64,000 nucleotides of DNA, from contig NC_042999.1 in NCBI RefSeq assembly GCF_006345805.1, positions 85,684,001 through 85,748,000 on the forward strand. The letters are read 5' to 3'. The stretch comes from Octopus sinensis (taxonomy: Eukaryota). The notes below the pieces were generated by a model, which ran no database searches, was not told the DNA's origin, and saw only the letters and a program-made list of their open reading frames with translations. This document shows positions 25,060 through 38,350 of this stretch, piece by piece. The stretch's first letter is position 1. Each line of letters begins with the position of its first letter. The translations under genes were made by a program, and so were the position numbers.

Positions 25060-25380
25060 TGTGAGGGTTAGAAAAAAATTCAGTTTCTTACCACTAACTA
25101 ACCCAATGAATATGTCACAAAGTGACTTTTCTCTGTGATCTAATAAACTTCTTGCACACTCAAAGTTTACAAGGGAACACTATATTAGTTCACACCTACT
25201 CCTTTTCAACATATTAAGTACAGCCATATTCCCAGTGGTAAAAGGGTCCTATCTTCTTTCCAGCTCCTTAAGACTTTAGTCTTTGCCAAGTTTACTTGAA
25301 GGTCTCACAATTCTAGGTTTTGTTGCATCTGTAATTTCTTTAAATCTTCTACAAATTTTGCTCTAAAGACTAGGTCATGG
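25060..25380 (-). mobile_element. Old RTE RT fragment including the zinc-finger region
   Basis: Decayed DDLV...LQVNLAKTKVL...KGVG segment matching the 57214 ORF. Confidence 0.6.
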
Positions 25381-25949
25381 GCAGATAAGAGTTCCTATAC
25401 ACAGCAAGTTTAAACTCCTTGGTTGTAGCCCAGAGAACTAAAATAGAAACAGACTGAGAATCAAGCTAGATCCAACCTCTCACACTTATCCTATAATGTC
25501 ATTCTAAAAATAAATAATCACATCATTGAAATCTCAAAGCTATGAGACAATGCATGGTTAATTTAAAACAATGTGAATAAATAAGCATTACATTAGATAC
25601 CTGTCTGCATATTGTATTCCTTATAAAACTCATTGCACAACTTTTACTTTGCTGACAGTGTCTCAGGGAATAGTTTGCACCACTCTCACAAGCCCTTCAT
25701 CTCTATCTAGGATTTTTTTAAAATATCACCTGAATACAGATATCAAAGGACTTCTCCAAGTCAGTGGATGCTAGTTTACTTAGCTAAAAACTTCTCTTGC
25801 AGTTGTCTCACAAGGAAAAAAAGAAGCATCAGTGGTACTATAACCTGGTTTAAATCTGAACTGCATCTGATTAAAGTTAACTTTTCCTCATCAGTCATTC
25901 TAATAAAAAGCTTGTAAATTTTCACAAACGATTTATATTAGAAGTTTAT

Positions 25950-26700
25950 TATATGAGGTAGCCTTGCATAATAGTGAATCACTTTTGCACTTGTTGCAAC
26001 CAGGTTGTCTACTAACTGGTTTTCAGTATAACGTCTTTAAAACATTACTTTTGTTGCTAGAATACTACAACTTAGCTGCCTCTGCAACTTGTCCTACTTC
26101 TGTGTATTTCCTTTTGACAAATAACAGGTGTATATTATGTCACCATCAAATGGGTATAAGTGTCATTTAGGCAGGTCACTCTTGTGATCAATGCTTTGTG
26201 TATCTTGAAATTCCTGAGCTATATCAAGTGTATAACCTTTATTTTGGAAACTGGCACCATATCTTTGATTGCCGAAGTAGATCTCTATTAGTTAGTTGCA
26301 AGTTTTCAAACCTACCAGAAAAGTAAGTGAGTTGGTAGGTAGGTACATATGTATGTATGTATGTAGGTAGGTAAGTAAGTGGATAAGTAGGTAGATAGTG
26401 AGGGGGAGAGAAAGAGAGGGCTGGAAGGGTGGAAGGATAAAATGGTAACTACTTTAAGATCTTTACTAGCATATAAGTCAGCTTCAGGAAACTTCTTTAC
26501 TAAAATTAGAGCTGTTATCAAAAACTTTGATAAAGGTTGGTAGTTTATCAAGGTGTTGGATGACTGTACTTCATAAATTTTTTCCTTGACTTCTGATTTC
26601 AACACATTCTTCCAGTGTTCCACTATTACTGATTTGATTGGTCTTTGGTTAAGGATGTACCATCTGCTGATTTGATTTGTGCTATAGAAGAGTTCCTGTG
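25950..26700 (-). mobile_element. Highly decayed LINE (RTE-like) fragment
   Basis: Relics QIKSADGTSLT...EHWKNVL and AQEFQD...KGN resemble the RTE linker and first RT motif. Confidence 0.4.
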
Positions 26701-27219
26701 TATTCTATCATAAAAACTGTACAGACACACGTCCATGTAAGCATCTGAATTTTGCAAGATTTTGCATTTCATATTTGAAAAATTGGAATTGTAAAGTCAA
26801 GTTTCTTTTGACCTTCTTCCTGCTCCCCAAGTTTTGAAAGAGATTTTTTTTTTTAATATAATGGGTGATAGTTCAAGGTTGTATTACATGCTTTGTGAAT
26901 ATTACTCAGGAGTATGGTGGCTGTGGTGGAGATCTCATTAAACCAGTTTTTACACGTTTTCTCTCTCTCTCTTGGTTTCAGGATATGATATCACACACAC
27001 ACACACAGAGGTTATTAATAAATTACCTTTACAATTTGAAGATTGAAAGTGTAGAAGTTGTAAACATAATTTATGGACATCCTATGCATTACAAGCTCAT
27101 CACATACACATGCAATTTTTTTATATACACGTGTGAGCATATATTTTTCTTTCAATAATTTTAATGAAACGACAAAATTTATAGAAGCAATTTTGCTGAA
27201 CTGATTTTGTGTTTTCAGT

Positions 27220-27440
27220 TTCATCATCATCGTTTAACGTCCGCTTTCCATGCTAGCATGGGTTGGATGATTTAACTGAGGACTGACGGACCAGATAGCT
27301 GCACCAGGCTCTGATCTGATCTGGCAGAGTTTCTACAGCTAGTTGCCCTTCCTAACGCTAACTACTCCGAGAGTGTAACAGGTGCTTTTACGTTCCACCG
27401 GCACGAGGGCCAGTCAGGTGGTACTAGCAACAGCCATGCA
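27220..27440 (-). mobile_element. RTE 3' end fragment
   Basis: catcatcatcgtttaacgtccgctttccatgctagcatggg terminus. Confidence 0.85.
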
Positions 27441-27590
27441 CAAGTTTACAAAATGAAATACAGAAAAAATATTGGACTTAAATTTTACATTTAATCTAAA
27501 TTATGTACGAATATTTTTTTTTTTTAAGTCACTGAATGCAGTTATATATGGTTATATTTGTATGCAAAAAATAACAAAAATATATCTTAC

Positions 27591-27652
27591 TTGGCTGTTT
27601 CAAATAATGTCTCTGGTCGAATTGCTCCATCCAAATGAACATGTAGTTCTAC
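27591..27652 (-). CDS. ADA: ADA exon 2 (VELHVHLDGAIRPETLFETA/K)
   Basis: ttgcag acceptor, gtaag donor, 62 nt. Contains the HxH zinc ligands and the HLDG motif of ADA1-type deaminases. Confidence 0.96.
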
Positions 27653-27948
27653 CTGCAAATTATAAGAATATCACTACATGTTACCAAATACCTAGAAAAA
27701 TGTTGGTTTGGTCAACCTCTTATTTAGGTCATCTCAAAAATACCATATCAACAATATTAAAAATGTTTTTATTTCTTCATTCATGAAGAAAGAGATAAAT
27801 GACTTATAAAATTTAATTTAATTTTTTTGCTGAAGTTCAAAAATTCAGCTGTCTGCATTCATAGAAATTACCATCATGGGTATACAAAACACTAATAACC
27901 AAAACATAAATACTTATTTCTTATTCTTTGATTTCTGAATGTGTTTAA

Positions 27949-28422
27949 CCCTTTAGCATTCAAATTGGCCATATCTGTCCCAAATATTCTGTTTTATATT
28001 CAAACCAGCTAGATCCAACCTCTCACACTTATCCTATAATGTCATTCTAAAAATAAATAATCACATCACTGAAATCTCAAAGCTATGAGACAATGCATGG
28101 TTAATTTAAAACAATATGAATAAATAAGCATTACATTTCATCATCATTGTTTAACGTCCACTTTCCATGCTAGCATGGGTTGGACGATTTGACTGGCGAA
28201 CTAGATGGCTGCACCAGGCTCCAATCTGATCTGGCAGAGTTTCTACAGCTGGATGCCCTTCCTAAAGCCAACCACTCCGAGAGTGTAGTGGGTGCTTGTA
28301 TGTGCCACTGGCACAAGGGCCAGTGAGGCAGTACTGGCAGTGGCCACGCTAAAATGGTGCTTTTTATGTGCCACCTGCAGAGGAGCCAGTCCAGCGGCAC
28401 TGGCAATGACAATGCTAAAGAG
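27949..28422. mobile_element. piggyBac-type MITE with a nested RTE 3' fragment (28138-28410)
   Basis: TTAA|CCCTTTAGCATT ... AATGCTAAAGAG|TTAA; the RTE tail interrupts the body. Confidence 0.85.
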
Positions 28423-29377
28423 TTAAACAGGACAGTGGTCTTTCCAAGTTGGCTGTGTTAGAATGACCTATTATGTTGGTATAGGCAGCCTAAAAATTGG
28501 AACTGACATGCAACTGATTCAGTATAGAGGCTTTGAAAGAAGCATCGTATAACACACTTGTGATGTATCCTCCAACAATAAAATGTATTACAAATGACTA
28601 ACAGAAAACATTCAGTACAATAGTTCATTCTATCACTGCAGCATGGAAAGAAAATCCACACCCACTTTCAAGATACATTAAAAAAACAGAAATCAAAGAA
28701 TGCAGAATAAGCACAAGCATCACAATTATAAAAAGATCTGAGCTCATCTTAACTTGTCACCATATAGGAAGGTTCCTGCTGATTAATTTTAAAGCAAAAC
28801 CTCCTTCTGGGATCTGAAGTAAAGAACACAACAGCATTGATAATAATCACATGATCGATGAGTTCAAATCTTACTAAAGTCAACTTTCCCCTTCCTTCTT
28901 CCAAGGTTGATATAAAAGTACCAATCCAGTGGGTGGATTACCAGAACTTTAAGAATCAGATACCTTGTATTTGCTTAAGTTATTTGTATTTTGAGTTCAA
29001 ATTGTGCCAAGGTTAGTTGGTTGGTTGGTGTGTGTACGCGCATAATAACTGAGGTGGAACAGAAGATATGAAAGGATGTGTGGGTAAAGGTAGTAAGAAT
29101 GTGAAAGGAGAGTGAGAAGTGGTTAGAGATAGGAGTGAATGGTGAACAAGGACAGAGGAGTGGTTAATAGTAAATGTGAATTGGAGGAAAATGATAGGAA
29201 TGATGAGTAGACGTCAATAGAAGTTGGTCAGGAGAGAGGAGGTAATGAGTGGCAGTACAGAAAGGGTGAAGAGCAACAGAATAATAATAATAATAATAAT
29301 ATAACTGAATAGAATAGGATGAAAGATAAACAGATGATGGATGGAGTGGGTGTTTAAGGTTGCAATAGTTTGAGAGA

Positions 29378-29662
29378 TGTTCCTTCTTGAGCCATGCCTG
29401 GCTCATAAGGGCTGGTTTCCCTGGCATATAGGTTCCCCACCTGGACGGGACACCAGTCTGTCATAGGTGAGCTGCAAGATGCAGGAGGAAAGAGTGAGAG
29501 AAAGTTGTGGCGAAAGAGTCAGCAGAAGTTTGCCATTACCTTCTGCTGGAGCCGCATGGAGCTTAGGTGTTTTCGCTCATAAACACACACACATAGCCCA
29601 GTCTGAGATTTGAACCTGTGATCCCTCGACCACAAGTCCGCTGCTCTAACCACTAGGCCATG
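29378..29662 (-). mobile_element. tRNA-derived SINE, family C
   Basis: Minus-strand head TGGCCTAGTGGTTAGAGCAGCGG...GGTTCAAATCTC followed by a non-tRNA body. Confidence 0.8.
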
Positions 29663-29667
29663 ATGTA

Positions 29668-29889
29668 CACTAATCCCTCGCCACATCGTGGTTCACCTAT
29701 CGCAGTTTATTATTTAAGTTTACGCTGATTCTTCTGTAGTGTTGTATTGCATTTATAATAAAATAAATATATACAAATTATAGAAATTATAAATAAATCA
29801 TACAGTACAGTACTGTTTCTACTTCAAGGATTTTCACCTATTGCGTGGGGTTTTGGAATGTAACACCTGTGATTGTTGAGGGATTACCA
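29668..29889. mobile_element. pogo/Tigger-type MITE
   Basis: TA TSDs, imperfect TIRs cactaatccctcg / tgagggattacca. Related copy at 37341-37558. Confidence 0.7.
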
Positions 29890-30865
29890 TATAGTGATAA
29901 AAGGTGATGGAGGTCACAGTGAATATAGAGGGTGCAAACAAAAGTGGAGGTGTGGGTCGATGGCAGATATGACATGGGGTGTTAACTATGAGGCATGGGA
30001 TGGATATAAGTTCAGGAGAGAGGAGGTTATGTAATGACACATGCTTTTCTCTGGACTATCTGCTCCTTCCTCCTTTTCCTTCTTGATGAACTTTTTCCTC
30101 TTCCTGACAAAGAACCATGCTCAAAACTTTGTTTCCACTCCTATTTTTTCATCTAAAGCTTTCACTGTTTTTCCTGTGTTTTTTAAAAAAAATTTTGACT
30201 TGCATATATCATCATTATCATCATCATTTAATGTCCATTTTCTATGCTGGCATGGGTTGGGCAGTTTGACAGGTGTTGGCCAGGTGAAGAGCTGCCCATG
30301 TTCCACGTCTGTTTCGGCATGGTTTCTACAGCTGGATACCCTTCCTAATGCCAACCACTTTACAGAGTGTACCGGGTACTTTTATGCAGCACTGGCATGG
30401 GTGCATTACACACACACACACACACACACCTGTGTATGTGCAAATATTTAAAACTTACACACACATAACAAGCCAGAGAACAGAGGCACTGGTATCACAT
30501 TTCTTGCTTGGTTACAGCAATTGACACCCTATGTGTCAAATAAATCATTTAACAAGTTGGAAAACAAGAATATCAGCAATGATTATGTAATATTGACTAT
30601 ACAATGTAAAACCCATAGTCATTTCATCAGGACGAAATGAATAAACTAAGGAGAAAAGCTTGGTGGGAGGGGTCATATTCTGGTACAAGGAGGTTCTACT
30701 TGACATGCAAATAAAAAGGTGTAAAGGTTTATCAACTGATAAGATCATATTTTAAGTTGGACTGTTGAGAAAGTTATCTGGTAAAAGAATTTTAAATCTG
30801 TGTATTGTAGAGTGCCATAAATCAACTGGGATGGGCATTTCTAGAGCAGCTGGAAGAAAACCTTA

Positions 30866-30869
30866 TCAG

Positions 30870-30938
<69 letters not shown>

Positions 30939-31028
30939 CCAAAAAAGCATGGACAAGAATACAGATGGAAAGAGGGTGTAAGAACAATTTAAAATGTATG
31001 CAGGCATTTATTGAGGATAAAACTATAC

Positions 31029-31086
<58 letters not shown>

Positions 31087-31321
31087 CAGAGAGAGAGAGA
31101 AAAGCAGAGGGAGAGAGAAAAGCAGAGGGAGAGAGAAAATCAGAGAGAGAGAGGCAGAGAGGGAGAGAGAGGCAGAGAGGGAGAGAGGCAGAGAGGGAGA
31201 GAGAGAGGNNNNNNNNNNNNNNNNNNNNNNNNNNNNNNNNNNNNNNNNNNNNNNNNNNNNNNNNNNNNNNNNNNNNNNNNNNNNNNNNNNNNNNNNNNNN
31301 NNNNNNNNGAGAGAGAGAAGC

Positions 31322-31356
<35 letters not shown>

Positions 31357-31425
31357 AGAATCAGAGAGAGGAGAGAGAAGAAGAGAGAGAGAGAGAGAGA
31401 GAGAGAAGCAGAGAGAGAGAGAGCT
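30866..31425. repeat. (GA)n-rich low-complexity tract
   Basis: Seen directly; it explains the ER/LS-repeat ORFs in the track. Confidence 0.95.
31209..31308. other. Assembly gap (100 N) within ADA intron 1
   Basis: Run of exactly 100 N, typical of an unsized gap. Confidence 0.99.
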
Positions 31426-32819
31426 AGGGAGCACACAAAGAAGCATTGACAATGATATTATATTGAATAATATTATCATCGTTTAATGTTCGCCTTCCCT
31501 GCTGGCATGGGTGGGATGGTTTGACAGGAGCTGGCCAGGCAAAAACCTGCACCAGACTTCTGTGACTGTTTTGGCAGGAATTTTACAGCTGGATGCCCTT
31601 CCTAACACCAACCACTCAGCAGAGAGGGTTCAGTGTTTTTTTTATGTGGCAGGATCAGTTTTACAAGGTTTTTACAGTTAGATGCCCTTCCAAATGCCAA
31701 CCACTTTACAGTGTGGACTGGGTACTTTTAAGTGGTACCTGCACTGACAGGGTCACCAAGTACTTGCAAGGGGTTAAAAAAAAAATGTTTTGAGAGGGAA
31801 GTGGAGTATTGGAGGAGGTAATCTTGTGTCAGATGATGAAAGGTTATAGCAAGACAGAAACAGGTATCTTGCTGTAGAGGAGGTACAAGGTTCCCCAGAT
31901 GGAGAGAGAGAGAGAAAAAAGAGAGAGAGAGAGAGAGAAAGGAATCACGAATGAAGATAGAAACAGGTGTACTGCCACAAAGAAGATGCGTGGTTACCTA
32001 ACCTAAGGGAAGTGCAGGAGAAAGAGAGAGAGACAGCAGAATAGAGATGGTGGCAAAGTGCTGGGTATACTCACAAGGGGCAGGGATCAGAATATAAATG
32101 ACATGATTGAGTAAAGGAAGAGAGTGGCAAGTGCCAAGGTATAGCTTTGAGGTTTGAATTTCATAATGTAAGTGGCAAGATATTGTGAAAGAAGCATGAT
32201 TACAGTGTGAAGGGGGTGGGGGTGAGTGGCAAAAACCTGAGTATATATAGTGGGGAGGCTACCAGATAGCAATGATACAAAGAAACAGGGCTGTGAGGAC
32301 AGGATTGGGGAGTGAGAGGCAGGCATAATGTATGAAGGAGGAAATGTGAGGAAGAGATGTAGATTGGTTTGTTGGGGTAGGGTGTGTGAAAGTTTTCTTG
32401 TTACATGTGGGTGGAACACAGGTCAGTGGGGGAGGTAGGAGATAGTAATGATACAGTGAGACAGGGCATGTGGGTGGAACACACAGGTCGAGCTAGAGGA
32501 AAGAAATAACTCAGTAAGACAGGACCAAGAGAACAGAATTAGGGAGTGGGAACCAAGCATAGTGCATGAAGTGCAAATGCAAGGAGAAGAGATGTAGTTT
32601 GGTTTGTTGTGGTAGGGTATGTGAGGAGTTTTCTTGTTAAGAGTGGGTGGGATACAGCATTTCTAGAACACACATACACACAAGGGGCGAAGGGTCTGTG
32701 TATGCAACACATGCGCTGCATACCTTACTATTTTTCCATGATAAATAATTTCTGTGTAATATATAATTGATTATTGATAATTTTCACTAAATTCATTGTA
32801 GTCATATTTACTTTTATTT

Positions 32820-33200
32820 GGTTGTGTGGTAAGTAGCTTGCTTACCAGCCACATGTTTCTGGGTTCAGTCCCACTGCGTGGCACCTTGGGCAAGTGTCTT
32901 CTACTATAGCCTTGGGTCAACCAAAGCCTTGTGAGTGGATTTGGTAGACGGAAACTGAAAGGAGCCCATCGTATATATGTGTGTGTGTGTGTGTGTGTGT
33001 TTGTGTATCTGTGTTTATCACCCCAACATCACTTGACAACTGATGCTAGTGTGTTTGTGTCCCTGTAACTTAGTGGTTCGGCAAAAGAGACTGATAGAAT
33101 AAGTACTAGGCTTACAAAGAATAAGTCCTGGGGTCAATTTGCTTGACTAAAGGTGGTGCTTCAACATAGCTGCAGTCAAATGACTGAAACAAGTAAAAGA
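32820..33200 (+). mobile_element. SINE family A, near full length
   Basis: Matches the 16530 and 62605 copies along its whole length. Confidence 0.9.
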
Positions 33201-34566
33201 GAGTATTCCTTCATTTCCTAGTATGAAGTGGTCAGCAGAAACCTAGGGAAAAGAAAGGAAGTATTTTACTGCTTGCTTTCAGTCATAGTAGGAGCAGTGA
33301 TGTTATTTTCTTTGAATTCTATTATTTTCAAAAAGTGAAACAAGAAACGAGTGAGTGGTTAAGAAAGAGAAAGCAGATATTTTACTGCTTGCCTTTCAGT
33401 TGTGTTAAGCCAGCAGACATGTTGTCAACATTTTTTCTCTCTTGAAGTGCTTATGATTTTACTGTCCTGTGCAGCAGAGATCAAGAACTTGTCTAGTCAG
33501 AGGATTCCTGAGCCTTTCCTCATAGACAGATTTAGATGAGAAATGCATTTTTAGTCAATTTACAAGTTTGTTTTATTGCTTTCTGATATATTTTGTATGA
33601 TTATCAGTACCAAAGAGTATACCCTTTATCTTTTATTCAATCAGTAGATTGTAGCCATGCGAGGGCATCACCTTAAATAATTTTTTTGTTTAATGAATCT
33701 ACCCCAGTACTTTTTTTAAAGCCTGATGCTTATTCTTTTAGTTTATTGTGCCAAACTGCTAAGTTATAGAAACGTAAACACACCAATGCTGGTTGTCAAA
33801 CGTTGGTGAAGGACAAACACAGACACAAACATGTATATATATATATATATATGATGTTTTTTTTTTTCAGTTTCCCTCTATCAAGTTCACTTACAAGGTT
33901 TTTTTGTCAGCCCAAGGATATAGTAGAAGATTGGGCTTGGAACCATGTGGTTGGGAAGCACACATCCATGCTTGCTTTCTAAAGAGATTTAACCAATGAA
34001 GAGTATTTTTGATCCCTTCTTAAGACCTGAATTCAGTCATGTGACCCCAGAATTTTCTTGACTATTTCACAGAGCAAAAAGAAGAAACCGGCAACTTGTG
34101 TGTGTGTGTGTGTTTAAAAAGTAAAGTTTTCCTCCATTCATTCGTGCCAATGCTTTAAAACTTAATTTTAGATATTTAAAGTTACTTAAGAAAGATTACA
34201 TAAAAAAGTAAACTAGTACCTAAATTATCTATTAGCATAGAGCTTCAATTCATTTAAAAAGATTAAACCCAGTAGCATTTCTCATGCTTCCAAATCACCC
34301 CCAGGATTGCAAAAGGGTCAATTCAGTTTTCTCTCTACTTTCCTCAACTTTGAAACAGATAAGAATATTATCATTCTCAGAAGAGATAACTCAAAGCTTA
34401 AACTGAAAATCAAAACCAAAGTGGGCAGCAAGGAATGTCGACGTTATTTTGATTGAGAGTATTACGAATAATCTGAGTGAATGATAAGATGACCCATTCT
34501 GAACTAATTTTGTCTGTTAGTTTGTCAGTATAAGAACACATTTTCTCAGCTTTGAAGTGATACTGA

Positions 34567-34860
34567 AAACGAGTATCACTTACAAGTGATATTCAAAACT
34601 AAAATCATTTAATTGTATAGCTATTACAAGTGAAGGTGTAATTAAGCCAATGATCGGAAAAAACAGCATTTGTTGTTGCTATGTTTGGTGAGACTACAAA
34701 CCTTTGAATGATATCTTAGCTGTCACACATTTTGCAATTTGTTGATGAGAAGGAAAGGCTTCAAGAAAGGTTTAGGGGATAAGTTGATGTCAGTAAGGAC
34801 AGAAAAGCTGTATCATTAACAGAAGTTGTACATTGTTATACACATTCACTTAATTTGGTA
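34567..34860 (+). pseudogene. hAT (ZMYM1-like) transposase relic
   Basis: One frame with stops: SLTSDIQN..., AMFGETTN (DETTD-like), LQERFRG, VHCYTHSLNLV (CxxH motif). The second-Asp region is deleted. Confidence 0.75.
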
Positions 34861-35195
34861 CACTCAACCAGCTTCAAGAGTTTGTGAAGGTCGAATTTTC
34901 TTCCCAACTTTAAAAAGAATTTCAACTTCTTTCTCAAAGTTGATGGCTTGAATAGCCCCTACTGGATGAAATCGTTTGAAGGTGATCTCCAAAGTTATAT
35001 GTACGTTTCTCATGTCTTACTATTTCAAAACGGTGTATTGTAGGGGGAAAACTATTTTCAGACTCTCCATATTTCAAAGTATATAATGTAGGATTTTGCA
35101 GTTATTTTCATACGTCTGAATGACCCGATTATCAAATTGTATGACAAAGTCATGAAAAAAATTAGCACCATGAATTAGCGCAAATTTGTTTTCCA

Positions 35196-36765
35196 ATCAT
35201 TCAATTTTGCACTTCAGTCAAATTAAAATGCCCATCGAGAGCATTCAAATTTGTCAGAATGTGAGGAAGTGTCTTTCTAAGCATTCAAATTTGCACATGA
35301 ACATTTGAGTTTGAAATAAGTTCATTCAATTTTTGCTCACATTCTAAGAAGTGAATGTCAGAAATGACAAATTTAAATGACATGTTTTGTCATGCAAATC
35401 TTATTATGTTGTCATAGCTACAAAGAAGAAATTGTGTGATTTTTCTGTCCACGAAAGTCTTTTTCATTGCTACATTCATAACCAGCTGGTATCAGCTGCA
35501 TTTTATATCCCTTTCTCTTACACCAACTTGTAATCATGGAGCCACATGTAAGATACATGTATATATTGGATGAAGATAGGGCAAGGCTGGTTGATACCTT
35601 CAAGGGGCATCAAACCAATCACCTGCAACAGGCAGACACACTTCACATTAAAAGGAGTACTGCCCGATCCATTGTAGTGACCTACCTATGGTCTGGGAGG
35701 TGCCACAAGTTGCCTAGAGGGAGTGCCCAACACCTTAAAGTTGATGAGGAAATGCGAGCCAGGCTTCAGGTGATTATTGATGCCAACACACTCGCAATCC
35801 TTCAACAGATGAAGAGGAACTTAAAGGCAGCATTGTCCAGAAAGCAGGCAGTTCCAGTGTCTGCAATCTCACAGGCTGTAGATAGGATGTTGATAACAAT
35901 GAAGTTGGCCAAAAACATCCAAGATGCAAGAATGAATATGTGCATTGGTTCATGGAAGAAGAAATCGTTGGCCATTACATATTCATTGATGAATGTAGAT
36001 ACAACATTTGGACCAGGCAGTCTTTTGAATGAGCTTCCCAGAGCATTCCTGTTCATCAAGTTGTCAACTGTCAGTGTGAAAAAAACTGTCACTTTTGCAG
36101 TGTTGGGAGAAATTGGCCTGCTTCAGCACTCCATTGCAAATGATACCATTGCACAAAGCTCTTTTGAGGAATTCTTGGTGGAAAGTTTTGAGCATGTGCC
36201 AACATGTTCCCAATGAATGAATCTGTCTACTTCATCTACGACAGTATGCAGCCACATATTTGTGCTGAGCTCCCAGCTGACGCCAACCTATGGATCAGTC
36301 TGAAGCTCCTGCCTCCCTACTTGTCGTTTCTTAATTGTATGGAAATGGCACATTATGCCTTAACCCTTTCATTACTGTATTTATTTTGAGATTCTCTGAT
36401 TTTCTCTCAATTATTTTAAATATAACAAAGAATTTAGTAAAATAACTTAGTTATCATTAAGTTAGTGTTAGGAACATTAATTGTGACTAAGGTTTGGTGA
36501 AAGATTTTAATTAAAAACTTATGAAAACAAGACATTTGTACTACAGAGCTAGGGCCGGTTTCAGCCGGGTTAGTAACGAAAGGGTTAAGGCAGCTGTCAA
36601 GCAGGAACTTGCTCAAGCTGAGTTGCAACAAAGGGTTGATGACTGGTTAGCTGTAGAAGAAGCTGGCATGATCATGGAAGAATGGCAAGCACATCATACA
36701 ACAGGGCATTTAATTTGAATGATGTATAAATTAAGGTCTTTGACCAAAGGGCGAAATTGAATGAT
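35196..36765 (+). mobile_element. IS630/Tc1-like DNA transposon relic
   Basis: HTH-like N-terminus (ORF 35536), IFIDECRYNIWTR and YD...LPPYLSFLNCME catalytic segments in shifted frames. 15-bp inverted repeat remnants at 35196-35210 and 36751-36765. Confidence 0.8.
36364..36584. mobile_element. piggyBac-type MITE nested in the Tc1-like transposase
   Basis: TTAA TSDs at 36360-36363 and 36585-36588; TIRs CCCTTTCATTACT / AGTAACGAAAGGG (12/13). Confidence 0.9.
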
Positions 36766-36914
36766 AAAAAAAAAAAAAAGAATTTGAAACAGGGGTGAGT
36801 GGAATACACAGAAATCCACACACCCCAACCTCAGTAGGTGGGGGGACTGCATGATCTAGATTCCTAGTCTACCTTTCACCACAGATGTATACACACACAC
36901 AAACTCAATATGTA

Positions 36915-37320
36915 TATATATTATCAACATTGTTTAATATCTGTTTTCCATGCTGTCATGGGTTGGACGGTTTGACTGAGGTCTGGAGAGCCAGCGGTTG
37001 CATCAGACTCCAATCTGATCTGGCAATGTTTCTATGGCTGGGTGCCCTTCCTAACACCAACCACTCCGAGAGTGTAGTAGGTGCTTTTTACATGCCACTG
37101 TCACATGAATCAGTCAAGGGACACTGGCCACAGCTACGATATTGGTTGTACTTGACTCGACAGGTCTTCTCAAGCATATCATATCGCCTGATGCATCAGG
37201 GGTACTCTTAACTGGACCAGACATGCATGGTTGCGACTCACTTTAGTTGCTGGGTCTTCTCAATCACAGCATATCTCCAAAGGTCTCAGTCTCTTGTCAT
37301 TACCTCTGTAAGGCCCAATG
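36915..37320 (-). mobile_element. RTE 3' fragment
   Basis: Matches the 11862 copy (ccatgctgtcatgggttggacgg...aaggtctcagtc). Confidence 0.8.
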
Positions 37321-37340
37321 TTTGAATACACACACACACA

Positions 37341-37558
37341 CAATATTCCCTCACCACATCGCGGTTCACCTACCGTGCACCCAGTACATCGCGGTTCACC
37401 TATTGCGCTCCCAGTACATCAAAGAGTTTTCTGGCTAATATATGTAAATTTATATCACGGGTTTCTGTGGCCAATAGGTATTTATATTTTTTTAGATTTT
37501 AATTATTTCTGTGCAAGGTTTTGGAATGTAACAACCACAATAGTTGAGGAATGCATTG
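37341..37558. mobile_element. pogo/Tigger-type MITE, second copy
   Basis: Shares catcgcggttcaccta and ggttttggaatgtaac with 29668-29889; ends at TA. Confidence 0.65.
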
Positions 37559-37574
37559 TAAATAAAAAAGAGAT

Positions 37575-37845
37575 AAAAAAAACATACATAACACACACAC
37601 ACTTCATGCATACACATACTATACATATATATAACATATATATATCACATACATACATAACATACATATATCACATACATACATAACATACATATATCAC
37701 ATACATATATACATAACATACATATATCACATACATACATAACATACATATATATACACACACATAACATACATATATATACACACACACACATATATAT
37801 AACATATACATATTTATAACATATAACATAACACATATATCTATA
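37575..37845. repeat. (CATA)/(CATATA)-type low-complexity repeat
   Basis: Seen directly in the sequence. Confidence 0.9.
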
Positions 37846-37852
37846 TATGTGT

Positions 37853-38350
37853 CCTCAGCCGCCTGGATTACTGCTCCCAGCTATGGTCACCCAGCAGTGT
37901 AAAATTAACAGCAGACCTTGAAGCAATTCAGAGAAGTTTCACAAAGAAGATCGTCTCTTTGCAACAGCTCAGTTACTGGGAAAAGCTGAAACAGCTAAGA
38001 CACTACTCCCTAGAGTGCAGGCAGGAGAGGTATGCAGTAATATACATCTGGAAGATCCTTGAAGGAATTGTGCCAAATTTACAGCAATGCCAGAACTGGT
38101 TGACACTGCATATTGCCAAAGATCCAAGCAATGCCATCGCACTTCAGTACCAGTTACTGCAACAACCTGGGTTTCAAGGGCCCACAGCTTTTTAATATTC
38201 TCCCAAAGAGCTTGAGGAATTTCCATAAAGTAGATGTAGGTGTTTTCAAATCATGGTTGGACCTCTTTCTGTTGAGAGTCCCAGATGATCCTACCTCACG
38301 GCAAGAGGTGCAAATGAGGGTAGCTACATCAAACTTCATTCTACACTAAA
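37853..38350 (+). mobile_element. CR1/L2-group LINE 3' fragment
   Basis: SRLDYCSQLWSP, LSYWEKLKQL..YSLE.R.ER, GPQLFNILP and FKSWLD motifs. Confidence 0.8.

Noticed and set aside
30765-31486. Long ER-rich and LS-rich ORFs
   Set aside because: These are translations of a (GA)n tract spanning an N gap.
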